A DNA stretch of 64,000 nt from the human T2T-CHM13v2.0 reference genome, Homo sapiens: the NCBI RefSeq assembly GCF_009914755.1, contig NC_060933.1; one strand, given 5' to 3'. Shown one piece after another: positions 39,737 through 54,100 of this stretch (positions are counted from its first letter, which is position 1; each line of letters starts with the position of its first letter). A program made the translations under genes and the position numbers. The notes beneath the pieces were generated by a model that ran no database searches, had not been told where the DNA came from, and worked only from the letters and a program-made list of their open reading frames with translations.

Positions 39737-40922
39737 TTTAATCTGCCACCAGGCAGATGTCTGGTTCTGAAACAGGTGTGCCCACAAGTTCCCTCGGTGG
39801 CCTCCTGACCCATAAAACATCCCATACTTCTACTGCCCATTACATTCCCCTGTTGAGAAAAAGCACAGAAGGGGAGCCATCATTTTCTGTTTGCACATTT
39901 CAGTGGCTTTGCGGACACATATGGGAAAAGGGCATGAAACTGTAAGTGATAGAACTTACACTCATGGGTCTTGAAAATACTGCACTGCATGAAGCCTCAC
40001 TTTGAGAGAGAGTTCTTTAACTCTGAGGTTGTTTTCAAGTAACAAACTTTAATTAGAAAGTTTAAGTTATTGCAAACCTAAAGAATCTTAGCTTGTTCCA
40101 CTTTGCTAATTTAGATTATTTTATATTTAAATAATCATAACTGGACTGTAATCACCATCTACATATATTGACTTGATTACGATTGTTGACATTAAGTGGC
40201 ATTAAGATGACCTTTGAAATGTTACTTTCCCTTTCCATTAGAGGCTTTGTGTAAGGTTCTAAAAATGAAAGGCTCATTAGACACCATTAAAATAGGATTT
40301 ATTCTATATGTGTAACCAATAATTAAGTAGAATATTACTCCCTCCCCTAATTAGTTACTTAGAGTGCTGAGAAGCATAAGTTCATATTCAAAGCAGTAGT
40401 AACAGCAAACCTTTCCTGATCGGGTTTCCATACCATTGCTGATGTCAACTAAACCCAAACAGAAAGGAGTCTATGATGCCAGACATGCTTTTTAAAATAT
40501 ACATTTGATTTGAATTAAGGCTTAGTGTTTGTGACCCTGGGAGGTACACACTTTCACAATTCCATCAATTAAGACCAATTAATCCCATTAGTGATGGCTG
40601 ATGTTAAGACATGCAGCAAGAACTGACTGACGAAGTATATGCCAGTTCCCATCTCCACATACAACCCAAAGAGAAGAAAGGCATGGGCGGGAGGATCAGC
40701 AAATACTTCTAATCCTGCAGATACTGTCAAAGTGACTTCCACAATAAGTCCAAGAGTTCAAGTCCACTTGAATCAAGCACGTACCTTCAAAAGCTGTAAG
40801 TGAAAGATTACTTCTGTGACTCAGAAAAGGATGGTCAAAGGGCCACCTTACACACTTGAGGAGAGGTGAGAAATTTGATGCATGAATTCAGCTGGGATTT
40901 AGTTCTGGAAGCTTCTTTCTAG

Positions 40923-41075
40923 AGCAGGCTTCCCAGCTTCACCTAGGAGACTCGTTAAAACACAGACTCTGCCTCAGCAGGGCTGGGTGGGACCTGAGAT
41001 CCTGCATTTCTAACAATCTCCCAGGCGACACTTCTAAATGGTGAATGTTTGGAGCTTATACTTTGAGCAGCAACA
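40923..41075. mobile_element. MER5-type DNA transposon
   Basis: 'cacctaggagactcgttaaaacacaga...ctgcatttctaacaatctcccaggcga...ctttgagcagca'. Confidence 0.6.
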
Positions 41076-43003
41076 TTCTAGGGATCATTAGGTCACCTTA
41101 ATCTTGAAAAGATACAGTTTGGTGGGATTTTAAAAAGACGAAATAAAATAAACAAAAGAACTAGAAAACAAAAGAAGAAAGGAAAGAACTAAACTGTGGT
41201 AGTCTCACACCTTAGGTGGTGAAACAGTTAAATCTAATTTTAAAATTTAGGTGGGAAGATAATAGGAAAAAAAAAAAGTAGAAGAAAGGTCAGAAAAAAA
41301 GGACCAAGAATCACAAGAAAGACTGTAGAAGCACACTGGGGTCATCTGATTTTGCTTCTCCTTCGATGGACTTCGCATTTGGACATACGGGTCACCTCAT
41401 GCCACTCTGGTTTCTGTTTCCAGTGCATTCTTAGACTGGATGCATTTACATGCTCTAGCAAATCTTAACATTTACATCAGTTTGTAGAAAGTGCTACATA
41501 AGGGAGAAAAAGAAAATCATTCAAATGTTTTGAGGCTTTTAAAAAGTAGTTCATGAATCGATTATGTGGAGTAATAGGGAATTCCTTCTGCTCCTTGTTT
41601 TGTTGGGACTAATAACTCCACAATGGGAACAGAGAACATGTCTCTATATATTCTTGCTTTGCAATTTTACTCATGTTGCAGTCAAATCACCCGCTTGTCC
41701 TTAACAGGGCACTGAACTCAGGAGTTACTGTGTTTCCTTTTGGTTTGCTAAAAGGTAATATCTGATTTTATAACATTTCAAAGGTTCTACCCAGAGTAAT
41801 AACAGCCTCATTGGAAAATTATTTAGGGTTGTCCCTGGTTAATTTGAGAGTCCTCTTAACTTCAGGGAAATCAGTGTAACCCAAACTGAGTTTCCAAAGG
41901 TTCCAAGTATCTAAATAGATTTGCACTTGCATTTCCTACAACAATCTTCAAAGTTTCCCCGACCCTGGGTTTAGCTGGGGCAGTAGGAGGGGAGAAAAGG
42001 CTATGACACTTTGGTCTCAATGAGTCAATCACTCACTGAGTGCGTGCCGGTCATCTGGCATTCTGAAGTGGCCTACAGTCCTCATTTATCCAGATTATCT
42101 GGAACTACTAAAATTTTTGTAGAATTAATATCAGACTCTTTCTGTCATGTTTTCCTAAACTATAATAAAGAGATTCAAGTTACTGTGTTTTTCCTTATTA
42201 TTCTGGTGTACAAAATCGGCCTATTAACTAGCTCATAAATACAACTTCCTGGCTTGTTGCGCTGCTTATTTTTGATGAAGAAATCTGTATAAAACAAGGG
42301 TTACTGAAATGGACAGTACATACACGTTTCTTATTGGTTTAAAGGAATATGTTGCTTTTTAACATTTGGGTCATGAGGAAGCAGCTGATTCTTAAAAAGG
42401 TCCTTGAAATGAGGTAGCAAATTTCATGAGAGTTCGGCTTAAAAAATGAAAATGAAAAAAATTTTTCAAGAAGCCACAAGACAATGTAGAGAGAAATATG
42501 TTATTTCTGTGGCAACATTTGAACCATATTAAATTTTTATGGAAATTATCAAGTGTCTGGTTTGTAACAATCGAAAGGTTCTGGGGACAAATGGAACCTC
42601 ATCATGGGCATTATATCATAACTGGGAAAAGAACATTCACAGTGCAACATTGATATTTAAGACATATCACATGGCCCTTCTCTAGCTATTCTATACATAC
42701 AAGGTATCATATATTATTCATGTTATACCAATACAATGCCAGAAGACTACAATTGCAAGTGAATAATTATTTCTGTGAGTGGGTAAATAATGAAAACTGG
42801 TTGCCTGGAGGTTGTGTAAACACAACAGTAAGTTTTTGTTGCTGCTGTTGTTTATTAGCACTGATTTCATGCAATCTGTGAATACATATCCATAAGAGCA
42901 TGTATACTTCAGGGGTTGACAGACAGCAAAAAATGCATTTGATAACACGCCAGTAGAGCAAATATGTTTTATGGCTATGTAATTAGGTCTGCATAAACAT
43001 ACC

Positions 43004-43434
43004 TGTCTCAGTCCATTTTCTGTTGGTAGAACTGAATACCGCAGACTGGGTAATTTATAAAAAATAGACGTTTATTTAACTCACAGTTCAGAAGACTGAG
43101 AAGTTCAAGGGCATGGCAGCAGCATTTGCTGAGGGCTTTCATACTGTGTCGTATCATGGCAGAGAAGCCAAAAGGGAAGTTGGCATGTGAGAAAAGGGGG
43201 CAGAACACAAGAGGTGGCCTCACTTTACAACAGCCTGCTTTGGAGACAACTGATGCAGTCCCACTAGGGTGAGAACTCGCTCACTCCTGTGACAATTAGC
43301 CCAGGCCCATAGGAGCAGCATTAATGCCTCTTAAAAATCTAACCACTTTTTAAGGCCCCACCTCTCAGCACTGACACATGGGGGGACCAAACTTTCAACA
43401 TATAAACTCCAAGCATCATACTCGAACCATAGCA
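43004..43434 (-). mobile_element. MST-type MaLR solo LTR
   Basis: tgtctcagtccatttt...cagactgggtaatttataa...aaccatagca. Confidence 0.85.
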
Positions 43435-45233
43435 AAAGCTAAAAGCAACCAAAGTATTTGATTTTCTGTGTACCTGTGTTTCTGATTACCACATAGCCAA
43501 CTATAATCCATATACATGTATCTATAATATATGAGCATAATACTTCTATGAAATATAAAGCGTACAAATAAAAGCAGTGCTCAGATGTTTTACTACTCTA
43601 TATTAAAGAAAAGAATTATTTCAGACTCTTAAGTACAAGCAGTATACCAAGCGACCAATTCCCTCCTCCATGAATGGACCATGAACATATTGAGTTTCTT
43701 GCACAATGAGTACTTCATTAGGCTCTGCAGATGATGCAAAAGTAACTTTGGTTTTCATCTTACCTTTCCTGCATTCATAATGTGTTCCAGGAGATAGACA
43801 TACATGCAGAATAAATTTGGAATCTGACCCTGCTTGCTCCAATACCTCCATATTATTTTCTATATATAAAAATGAGATGGCTACTGGGGAGGTGAGGAAA
43901 CCAAGAATTCATTCTTTCGATTTTAGGCAATATTTTTGTATTAAAATAAAAAAGTCAGAAACATTCTCTATGACTTTAGTTTCTCCAAATGATCTGCCTC
44001 GGAAATATATTTTCAACTTTCAGAAGTCAGATAGGGAAAGATGAAGTAAAAGGCAACTAATTAAGCAAAACAAAATAAAAAGTAGAAAAACAAAAAAAAC
44101 AGAGAGAAAGAGACACTACAGGTCAAAGAAGGGAAGGGGGAGGAAGAAAGTATGAGACCTATGTCTTAGCACATATGGGATCAGGCCTCTCCCCTCTTAC
44201 CTGTTCCCCCACATTTCCCACCTGGGCTCCAGGCCAGCCAAGCTGCATTCCCTAATTAAGCAGCACGTTGCTTTTTGCCTCTCACCTTTGCATATACTAC
44301 TTCCTGTGCCTGGTAACATCCTACTGACCCTTTAGCTTGGTGCCATCTCCTCTTGGAAGCCTTCCTTTAGGCTTCTGCCAAGGCACAACAGATCAGTGCC
44401 CACACATGCCCACCATGCTTTGCCTACTGCCTTGCTAACACTTGGAAATATAGTAATTGGATTGTTTGTTTCCCTACTAGGCTGTGAGCTTTATAAGAAC
44501 AAGGTACTGAGTCTTATTAATACTTTTGTTGCCAGCTCTAGGTACAGTGCTTGGCATATACTTGGCAAGTGATTGTAGATTATTTGCTAAATAAATGCTA
44601 AGGAAAATGGAGAAAATGAACTCTTTGTAAGAATGCATATTGATTGCCTAGACTTCCTTGTGTAGTAAGCTCATTAAGGCTTTTTAATTAGGTAGGGTTG
44701 GTTACTGCTCATGATGACATCAAATGGTCAACACTGCAAAAGCTTTTATAAAATGCATTTACAGGTTTTAGATGCTGAATTTTCATGTCCTATAGAACTA
44801 CTGTAAAATGTATCTTTAAATATTTGAATATTTAACCATGTAGGAAAAATACTAATAACAACATATGGTTGTATTTTTGTGAATGTGATGCATTTACTTC
44901 TTTATTGATATTCTGAGAAATCTGTAGCAACAACTTGTGAAGTAAGTGAGCTGTTTTCCTACCACTCCCTTTTCCAAATCTGAGCTAGATACACAGATCT
45001 ATTGGGAACGTGTTAGTAGCAATAATTCAAGGCACATAAATGTGTGCCTTCTCATACATAAAGGAAAAGAAACTGTTTTAAATTGCCCTTTAAAAGCTGA
45101 GCTAATATGCTGTCAAATATGCCAGGGAAGAGCCTCTCATCAGAGTTTCTCATGCAAAGAAAAATGATCTTTTCGACCTTGCCCTGAGTTGCCCTGAGTC
45201 GAGTGTCACCAAACAGCAGGTCAAGCAGTTTCC

Positions 45234-45317
45234 CACGACGCCACGCCTCTGTCGGCCATCCTACAGCCAACCCCTCACGACGCCACGCCTCTGTCGGCCA
45301 TCCTACAGCCAACCTCT
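45234..45317. repeat. 42-bp CpG-rich tandem duplication (1 mismatch)
   Basis: Units 45234-45275 and 45276-45317. Confidence 0.95.
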
Positions 45318-47164
45318 CAGAATGGGAGGCAGGGACTCCAATCCAGTGTCCCAGGTTATAACTATGCTTGGCTACAGGGTCTGTGTTCAACGCACATGGG
45401 CTGAAGCAAAGCCTTGGCTCTGTCTTCCCTGTTGGCAATGGACTTGGCTGCCCAGTAATTAATTGTCTTTGACTGCAAAGATGAGAATTGCCACTTCTTG
45501 CCTTCAGTTTTATTAAGAATTGGCATGCTTGGTTTAACAGAACTAAGCAATATATTTATTTACTATGGTGTTTCCCAAAACGATTGCTGAATTCTGTCAT
45601 CTCTTGACTGAGAAACTGTTTGCGGGTTGCAACAGAATGTATGCTAACATACATACAGCAACACAAACCTCCAAGACAAACTGTTTAAGTCAATTTGCTT
45701 ATCATATAGGCACATAGGTGCAAATATGTGCATATGCATTTGTGGGTACAGCCATGGGCACACACTTTAACACTTGCACACATATCCCACACAGATTCTG
45801 TAATAAATGTGTGTGTTTAAGATCTGTGTGCAGGGGTGTAGAAGCAAGCATGAATTTGCCAAGAGAGAAAAGGAAATTCACACACGAAGAGAATAATTTA
45901 CCATAAATTGGCCCACACTGAGTTTATTCCAAAAAACGGAGTGCAAGATGCCAAATTTTTAATGGCTCTTGCTATTCCAGATCTGGCCCTGACAAGCTTT
46001 GGAAGAGATGCAAGTGGGCAGGAAAGATGGGATTAAAAAATTATATCTTAAGCCTTTTCACTTTCAAATGTAAAATTTCCACCACTGCGACAAGACAGGG
46101 GGAAAGAGAGTGGCAGAGATATTTTCCTGACACTGTGCTTTTCTCAACAAAAAGCCATCGATTTCCATTATGCACTTCTTAAATATAAATCCTGTACTTC
46201 TTGTTAAAAATCATCTGTGACTGGCTGCCTAAAAAAGAAAGAGATATGAAAATAATGGAACTCAAAACCTTGCATTAGCCCTGGCGGCCATTACAAAGGG
46301 GTGATCTCAGAGTGATGCCTTCACTGCAGCTCCATCGTCCTAGGATTGACAATCTTTTGTGACAACCCACACTGGTTCATCAAAACCATTCACTTGCTTC
46401 TAAAATGCATCATCTCCAGTTTCTTTTCTTTCAAGGTGGAACTTTTCTGCATAGCTTTCCCATCACAAGCCTAGCTGGCACACAGCAGGGACTCAGAAAA
46501 CCCTTCATTCTTTCCGCTTGCTCTTCTCCTTTCTTGTGCTGATTTTAAACTACTCTATCCCATTTCTGAATGTCTCTTTTGGCTGATGAGGAAATCTCTC
46601 TCACATTTTACCCCTTCTTCCTATATGCTCACTCATGGCTAAGAAACTGTCATTAAATCCATTAACTCTTTCCATCGATGACCTTTTGGGTCTTAAGACC
46701 CACACTCATAGTTATTCAACCACTGTCATGCCTGCACTGTACTTTGATCCCTATAATTCTTATGAAAAATACCTTGGCTCAGAATTGTAACCTCAATCCC
46801 CCTGACTGTTCTACTTAATACACCTTCCACCCCCTCTCTCTGGAACCTGACTCAAGTGATCCCAGGAATAATAAGTCTATGAAAAATTCTGCCTAAAAGT
46901 ATAAAGTCTAGGGTAGATGAAACTATTTCATCATCTTAGTTTAAATTTGATGAGAATATGGGTCTAATTATTTAGAGTAGTTGGCCTTTGCATTGAATTT
47001 AAACTACTGTTGTTTATTATTTCCATAAAAAGTAAAAGAATGAGCAAAATGAGTTGTTTCCATGATATGTTTCTTCCTTTATTTTATCTCTTTGTCATCT
47101 TACAGAGCCAACAATTTTGGCTGGAAAGTATCTAGCACATAGTAAATTCTCAATAAATGTTACC

Positions 47165-47330
47165 CATTATCATCAACATCCATCCACATGTATTCAAATT
47201 ATCTAATATTATGGTTCTCATTTTACAAGTAAAGGAAATTGAGACATAGAGAGGTTAAGTGACTTGCCAAAGTCACACACAACTAGTAAGTGAAGAGCCT
47301 CAACTAGGATCATGGCCTTTTGGCTCAGTT
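47165..47330 (-). mobile_element. MIR SINE
   Basis: 'cattttacaagtaaaggaaattgagacatagagaggttaagtgacttgcc'. Confidence 0.75.
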
Positions 47331-48169
47331 ATTTAACCAAGTATTCCCTCCGTGTAATTCCAAAGGAATGTTATTTTTCAAGAGGTCAAGGAGATAAGAA
47401 AAAGAACATGTCTCAGAAGGAATCCAGTTGCTCTCTTTCTTTTTTTCTCTTACAAAGTAAAACATATTAATAATTTAAATTCACAAAGACTGACTATCCT
47501 AAATTACACTAATCATTCTCATCAAAATCTGAGCACAGCGTTAAACCATTAGCAATGACTAGAAAGTACTGTGAGCCTTATGTTCTTGGCATGATCTTCC
47601 TTTTTAACTAACTATACTTCTCAAATAAAAACAAATGCGGTATGCATCTGTGAGCCACTCAGAAGCCTGGGCTGCTGAGAAAAAAATGCAAAGTGATACC
47701 TGGCATAAAAGAGTCAACATGACAATTCTAGAAGAACCTACAAGATTGCACATTCAGCCAAACAACGAAATATCTTACAGCGAGATCCCTTTTCATTTTA
47801 TCAAATATAGGATCCTGAGGATTAATACAAATTTACCAACAGTAACAAAACTTGGCCCTCCTTAGGTGCGTACTTAGCTTACCTTTTCTTCAAAGTAACT
47901 TTACTGGTGGGAAAAAGAAAGATGTTTTCGAAGTTCCCATAATCTAACAGGTGCCTAATACATATTAGGTGCTCAACAAATTGTCTTTTTTGGAAAAATA
48001 ATAAATCAATGGAATATTTGCCTAAATATTTATTGTAGCACTTTCAAGTCTCTTTGAGGCAAAATGCCTCGAGAAAGAGAAAAATAGTTCATTTTGCTAT
48101 TTTCCGTTGGTGGATATAAGAATCCAATCTGCGTCATATCAGAAGACACATGGCTATGGATTGTTCCGT

Positions 48170-49060
48170 TGTTAAACTTGGCCTAGACCTCTCCTCTGAA
48201 TGCCAAGCCCTACTGCCTATTCAACATCTCTACACTGAGGGCTCACAGGCATCTCAAAGTACATATTCCAACACTTAACAATGACCTTTTCCCCCAGAGC
48301 CTTCACTGCCTGCTCTCTATTCACCCAGCAGCGCAGCCCCAAAGCCTACAAGTCATTTTTGACATTTCCCTCTCCCACATATCCATCTCTAATCTCCAAG
48401 TCTGCAACTATCTCTCAAACATAAATACTTCTCTCCATCAATATCTGACCTTCCCTAAGCTAAGCCACTATGGCCTCCCACCTGGTCTACTTCAGTGATC
48501 TCCTAATAGGTCTCCCCCATCCACTCTTGTCCTCACCCACCATCTAGTGTCACACTGCAGCTGGAGTCACTTTTGAAAACTAGAAATCTAATAATGTTCC
48601 TCTTCTGTGTAGAATTCTTCAAAGATTTCCCACTGGTTTTCAAATAAAGCCCAAAGCCTCGCCATGGCTCATACATCTTGCTTGATGTGGCTCCCGCCTA
48701 CTTCTCCAGCCTCATCTTCACCTCTCCTCCCCTTCCCTTTGCTCCCTCAGCTCAGTTTCTCAAGGGCACCATGCCCCTTCCCACCTCAGGGCATTTGCAC
48801 ATGCTATTTCCTTTGCCTGGAAAAATGTTTCCTTCTTATTTGCCTGGTTAAATTCTATGCATTATTCACAGCTTAGTTGAAATATTTCTTTTTCAGAAAA
48901 GCATTCTCTGTCCCAGTGGTTATGTTTAGTCTCTCACATATATGCCCTTATAGCATCCTCATGGAACGTGAGTCCGCTAGGACAGGAACCAGGCTTGTCC
49001 CTTTTCATGATGCAGCAGCATGTGTAGTAAGCACCCAATGCAGATGTGTTGAATAACGGA
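48170..49060 (+). mobile_element. L2 LINE 3' region
   Basis: 'cctagacctctcctctgaa', 'cacaggcatctcaaa', 'cctcagggcatttgcacatgct', terminal 'gtaagcacccaatgcagatgtgttgaataa'. Confidence 0.75.
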
Positions 49061-50103
49061 CAAGTGACTTGTTAAAAATTAAAATGCAAGTTATTCATAT
49101 TAAAATGCTTTCTTCCTCTCTTCTCCTCCCTCCCTCGCTTTCTTTCTCTTTTTGAAACTATGCTTCTAGGGCTTAAAATCCACTCAGAATAACCATAAAT
49201 TCATAGGAACAGTATTTGTTCTAACAATGGGGAATAATAAAAGATGAGACAAACTTACAGAACAGACCCTCAGGTCTGGAGACCAAAAAAATGTTTGTGA
49301 AGCCCTCTATAATTTCTAAGTTCTACATGAAATGCATGTTTTCTAGATTCTAACTGCACACACAGAAATATCTCAACTCATTTTGACAAAGTTATCCACC
49401 AGGGAGATGAATAAATAGCTTCACTAAATACATATGGTGCAATTACACCCAGCAATAAGTGACAACAGGTCTTGCTTTATAGTAATCTAAAAATTCAAAG
49501 CCCAATTATTTCAGCTGCTCAGTAAATAATACTGAAAAGACGTGGTAGTAAAGCAACTTAAGAACATACTGTATTAGTAAACACTAATGATCTCTTTATG
49601 ATCCACAGAGCCACTTCTTTTTCTTCTGAAGAAAAGAAAGCTTTTTGTAAATTAAGAAAGAAAAAAAAAAAAGCAAGGCATCCATGAGCTACAGCCAAGA
49701 ACAAAATGAAAGCAGGGAGTGCTCCTTTTGATCTTTCAAGAGTAGTATTTAGTTAAAGAATGTATGCTGGACTACAGAAAAACATGACCAGAAACATGAG
49801 CATTTGAGACCTGAAAAATAGACCACTGGCAGCTGGCCCTTTAAAAAATATATTTATAAGAAAAAATAAAAAATAAAAAAAGGGACCGACCGGTCCTCCT
49901 TAGCTCTAAACTTCAGGGTGAACGGACACTGATTTTAATAAAGGGGGTCAGTTTCAGACTTCTTTTTAGAATGCAGAAGCACTGCAAGTAATTGGTATAA
50001 TTAGCAGTTTAGAAATGCAAATCAAATTCAAACTTGAAATGACTGAGATGGAAAAGCAACCTCAACAGGGAAAAGAGGAGAGAGAAAGAGAGGAATAAGC
50101 ATG

Positions 50104-50104
<1 letters not shown>

Positions 50105-50158
<54 letters not shown>

Positions 50159-50166
50159 GCACACAC
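50105..50166. repeat. (AC)n microsatellite with GC interruptions
   Basis: Directly visible. Confidence 0.97.
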
Positions 50167-51014
50167 CCACTGGCCTTTCTGGATGATTTGAGGTTAGCTG
50201 AAGACACAGTAAAGACAGATCTGGGATCCGGCTGATCACTGGCACAATGACTGAACTTTTAGACAAGCGTGGTGAGAGAGAGAGGGGAAACCAGAAACTG
50301 CCTAGCCACAGGTACCCCCAGGCCAAGATAATTTGGAGAATGACAATTCACAAGGCAGATCTGGAAAAAAAAATGCCTATTTACAGCTTCTGTTTGCATA
50401 CTCCCTAGACTTTTGGTGTTTATTATTTTTCTAATTTGAGCAAACCATGTAAGCTTTTGATATCTCAAAAATAAAATCATATGGCCAATAAAATACTTGT
50501 TTAGGGGGAAAAAGGTTAGTTCACTGACACAGGTTTACTTGTTGGTCACCTTACTACTGGGAAATCGTAATCCACCTCTCTACTCTTCCGCTTCCTTGTG
50601 GCTGATTTGAACCAGAAGCCCCCCCAGAGGCACCACCACCCAGGGGATCCCTGGCACTCTCTGATGTCTGATCCCGGCCAGGCTCACACAATTTGCACCT
50701 TCTTTGCACACTGTATTTTTCCTTCCTAATTCTTTACCTATCTGACATTAAGTACAAATTTCAGTAGCCATCTGCTTAACAGCCCACTCCTGGGTTCTGC
50801 ATCTATTTTGCTCATCTATTTCCAGAGCCTGTCACAGTGCCTGGAACTTGCCAGGTGCTCCATGCGTGAAAATTACAAATTCTGGGATTGATGAATAATA
50901 ATGGGTCAGATTATCCAAATGTCAAATTCTCAGTAACTGAGAATTTATCAGGTAATTTTTGTATGGAAACAACACATAATATCTGAAACAAGAATATACC
51001 AAATGGTATCCTAG

Positions 51015-51172
51015 CACAGTGCTTCTTGCACTTTAATCTCCTTGGGAGCTCCTTATAAAGCAGACTCTGATTTAGCACATCTGGGATGGGGTCTGGATGC
51101 TACATTTCTAAAAAAAACTCCCAACCGATGCTGATGCAGCTGGTCTTCAGGCCACACTTCATTTAGCAAGGT
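51015..51172. mobile_element. MER5-type DNA transposon
   Basis: 'cagactctgatttagcacatctgggatgggg...catttcta...gatgctgatgcagctggtc...ccacactt'. Confidence 0.6.
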
Positions 51173-54100
51173 CCTGGGGGAGCTAACTGATAATCCCAGC
51201 CCAGCTTTTCCCTTATGCGAGTCTTATTTATGTTTAATTTAAAAAAATCATATTGTGATTGCTACCTAGGTAAGTTCCTGGTTCAGATATTAATAAAGAT
51301 GTATTCTTGGGCTGGTGAAGAGTCAAGTCACCACTTCTTGTTTTTTTCTGGGATTTGAGGGATCTGCACTACATATATTGTCTGATAAATTCTGCCTCTC
51401 ACTAGAAAATTTAGCCATATCTTTAGTACCCCAATGAAAGATTCACTTGCATCAAGGGAATCAGGCAGGGGAAAAAAAATGAACTTGGATTTTCCATAGG
51501 GTATTCTTTTTATGATAGAATCTTTTGAGAATATTTGTCTTGTTTTGTTGGTTTTTTGAGAAATTGTTACATATGCAGCACTTAAGTATTTATAATATAC
51601 AGAAGGTCCCCTTTATCTCTTAGGATTTCTTTCCATTTATGTGATCAATATTGTACAGATCATTCCTTCCAACAGTTTCTAAGCCACTGTGGATAGACTA
51701 AAATGGGCTGATGGATATTGATATTTTGATCTTTACACTGACTTCCACATCTCTTAATATTCAATGATTCCCTTGTAAAGTGAGGGTTTGAGTTGTTTCT
51801 TCAAACAATGACACAGTAATATAGATGTTTTCTGCAGGCAATATCTGAATATTTCTTTGTACAAATGGTTTCGCCTCATACCACAATGCAAAGAGCTGGT
51901 AATGCATGTTTAATGACTTTTCAATGGATTAAAAGTAAGCTGTTGAAAACATATTTTTGATAACAATTCTTTTGTTAGTACTTGCTGTTGGCTCTCCTGG
52001 AGGAATATTGCCAATGATAATTAGATTTGCTCATTATATATATATATATATCTTCTCCATCTCACATACACACAGACACAGTCACACACACAAACACATG
52101 CACACACATGCATTTGCTGAAAAAGTAAACATGTGGCTTTATGTCTGTAGTACACCAATCAACATATCAAAATCCAAATTTAGAATCCTAATTCACAATA
52201 CCACGTTTTTTTCCCTTTTTTCTCCCCCTCACTTGGAGTAAATTAAATTCAGCCTTTGTTGGAAGGAAATGTAAAATGTGTTTCACACATATATTTAACA
52301 CTAATCTGTTCTCCCTACCTTAATTATGCTTTGAATTTCTGTGGGATCTTATATTCCAGGGTCTCAATTTACTTTTATAAATATTCATTGATTTTTCCCA
52401 TCTCTATTAAGGGTGCTAAAAATTACCTTTCTTTTTGCATTTGGAGAAACTGAGGCACCAGGGAGAAATCTATGGTTTGTCACTTAACACAACTGTAGAG
52501 CTGCAAATGTGACCTAGAAGCTCCTCGATAAAGAGGCAACCCTCCTGCCAAAGCTTAGAAATAATGGTACAATGTTCACTGGAGGATTAAATCAGAGCCA
52601 GTCTGCTCACATTCTAGGCACAGCTACATTCTCTGTGTTGTCTTTTCCTTAGCACAAAGTGCAGTAACAGAATAGCTGCCCCGTGGTTAAAGAGAAATGA
52701 TTACAGAAAAGAACAGTTGGAGAAAACAAGGCAAAAGTACTTGGATTTTAGTCAGTGGGAGTCCATCACAGTAACTAATGGGCTGAGAATGTTTCTATTT
52801 TTTCACCAAGTAATCCATATGCAAATTTCCTACAGTATTCAATATGCACTTCCAAGCTCAGTAAATGTTTTCTATTCTTTTCTGCTTAGCTCTCTCAGCT
52901 TTTTCCAATTAGGCCCTGTTTATTTAGAAAAAAAGAAAATGTCTAAAGGAAGGATTAAGCTCTGTATCTTATGGAGAAAGAATGAATATTAGAAATTCTT
53001 TCAGGATCTAGAGGATGCATTCTTTACTCATCCTCCCCGCTGGGATGGGTAATGAGAATAAAGTAAAAGAGGATGAAGCTTTTTACTTCATTTGGTTTGT
53101 TCAGCTGAAAACATGCCTTTGACGATCTGGAATTAAATCCAAAATGCATGACAATTCAGACAATGGTGCACATGGAATAAGCCGGTGGATAAAAATAAAT
53201 AAATAAAAGAGAGATGCGAAAGCTCAAAAGGCCCCACCTGGTGCGCAGAAGTTCTGCAAAAGCAAGGGAATTCACGACGTAGAGGGGACAAGGGGACAGG
53301 CTGGGGAGAGAGAGCATAGGCTGGAGTTAGTGGCTGTGCCAAATGAAGACGACCTGGGGAACAGAGCCGTAAATCAGAGAGACGTTGCAAATGCATGGCC
53401 TCCCAGGGTAGTAATCAGGGAAGATGGCCCGCATGAGTCAGGCCTTCCTATCTTTAGTCATTGCACCCATGAAGACACGTGGTGTTCTGCCTATCTCTGT
53501 TAAGTTTCACATTGAAAGCTGAAGGTCAATTTGTGCTTAAAGAAAAAAGTCAGACAGTTTCTCAACTCAGCTTCAGATCTTTTCTATCTGTTTATTTATT
53601 GAAAAAGAGAAAGAGAAATAAAAAATGCCTGAACTTGAGTTCCATGGCAGACAGGATGGAGGTGTCATGGTGCCTGAGAAGGAATTTCTGCCCCTGAGGA
53701 TGGCCTGCTTCAAGAGGCTGTTGTGACACCACAAGAGATATTATATATGGTATTTTACAAACTTAAAAACATCATACCAATGAAAAAGGGGTCATGAGCA
53801 GTAGTTATGGTTGGCGTTGGATTAAAGAACAGGAAATAGCCAAGATGCTTCCAGGATCTTGGAACAGATTCTTACCAAATAGGGTTGTAAAGAACTAAGC
53901 ATGAAAAGTAGCAAAATGTCAGATTAATTTTCTCTCCCTGCATTTAGGGATTCAAAAGCCATAGAGAATAATAATCGATAAATTATAGTTAAGGATAGAC
54001 TGTTCACCTAGTGACTGAATAATACACAAAGCTCTTCAGAAATTTTCATGATAAGTTTACTTGCCTAAGAGACCATAAAGAGGAAAAATCTGGGAGAAGA

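Noticed and set aside
50618-50627. GLIS-binding-site-like C runs (also near 43379, 62647) suggesting autoregulation
   Set aside because: Short low-complexity matches expected by chance; no full-length motif.
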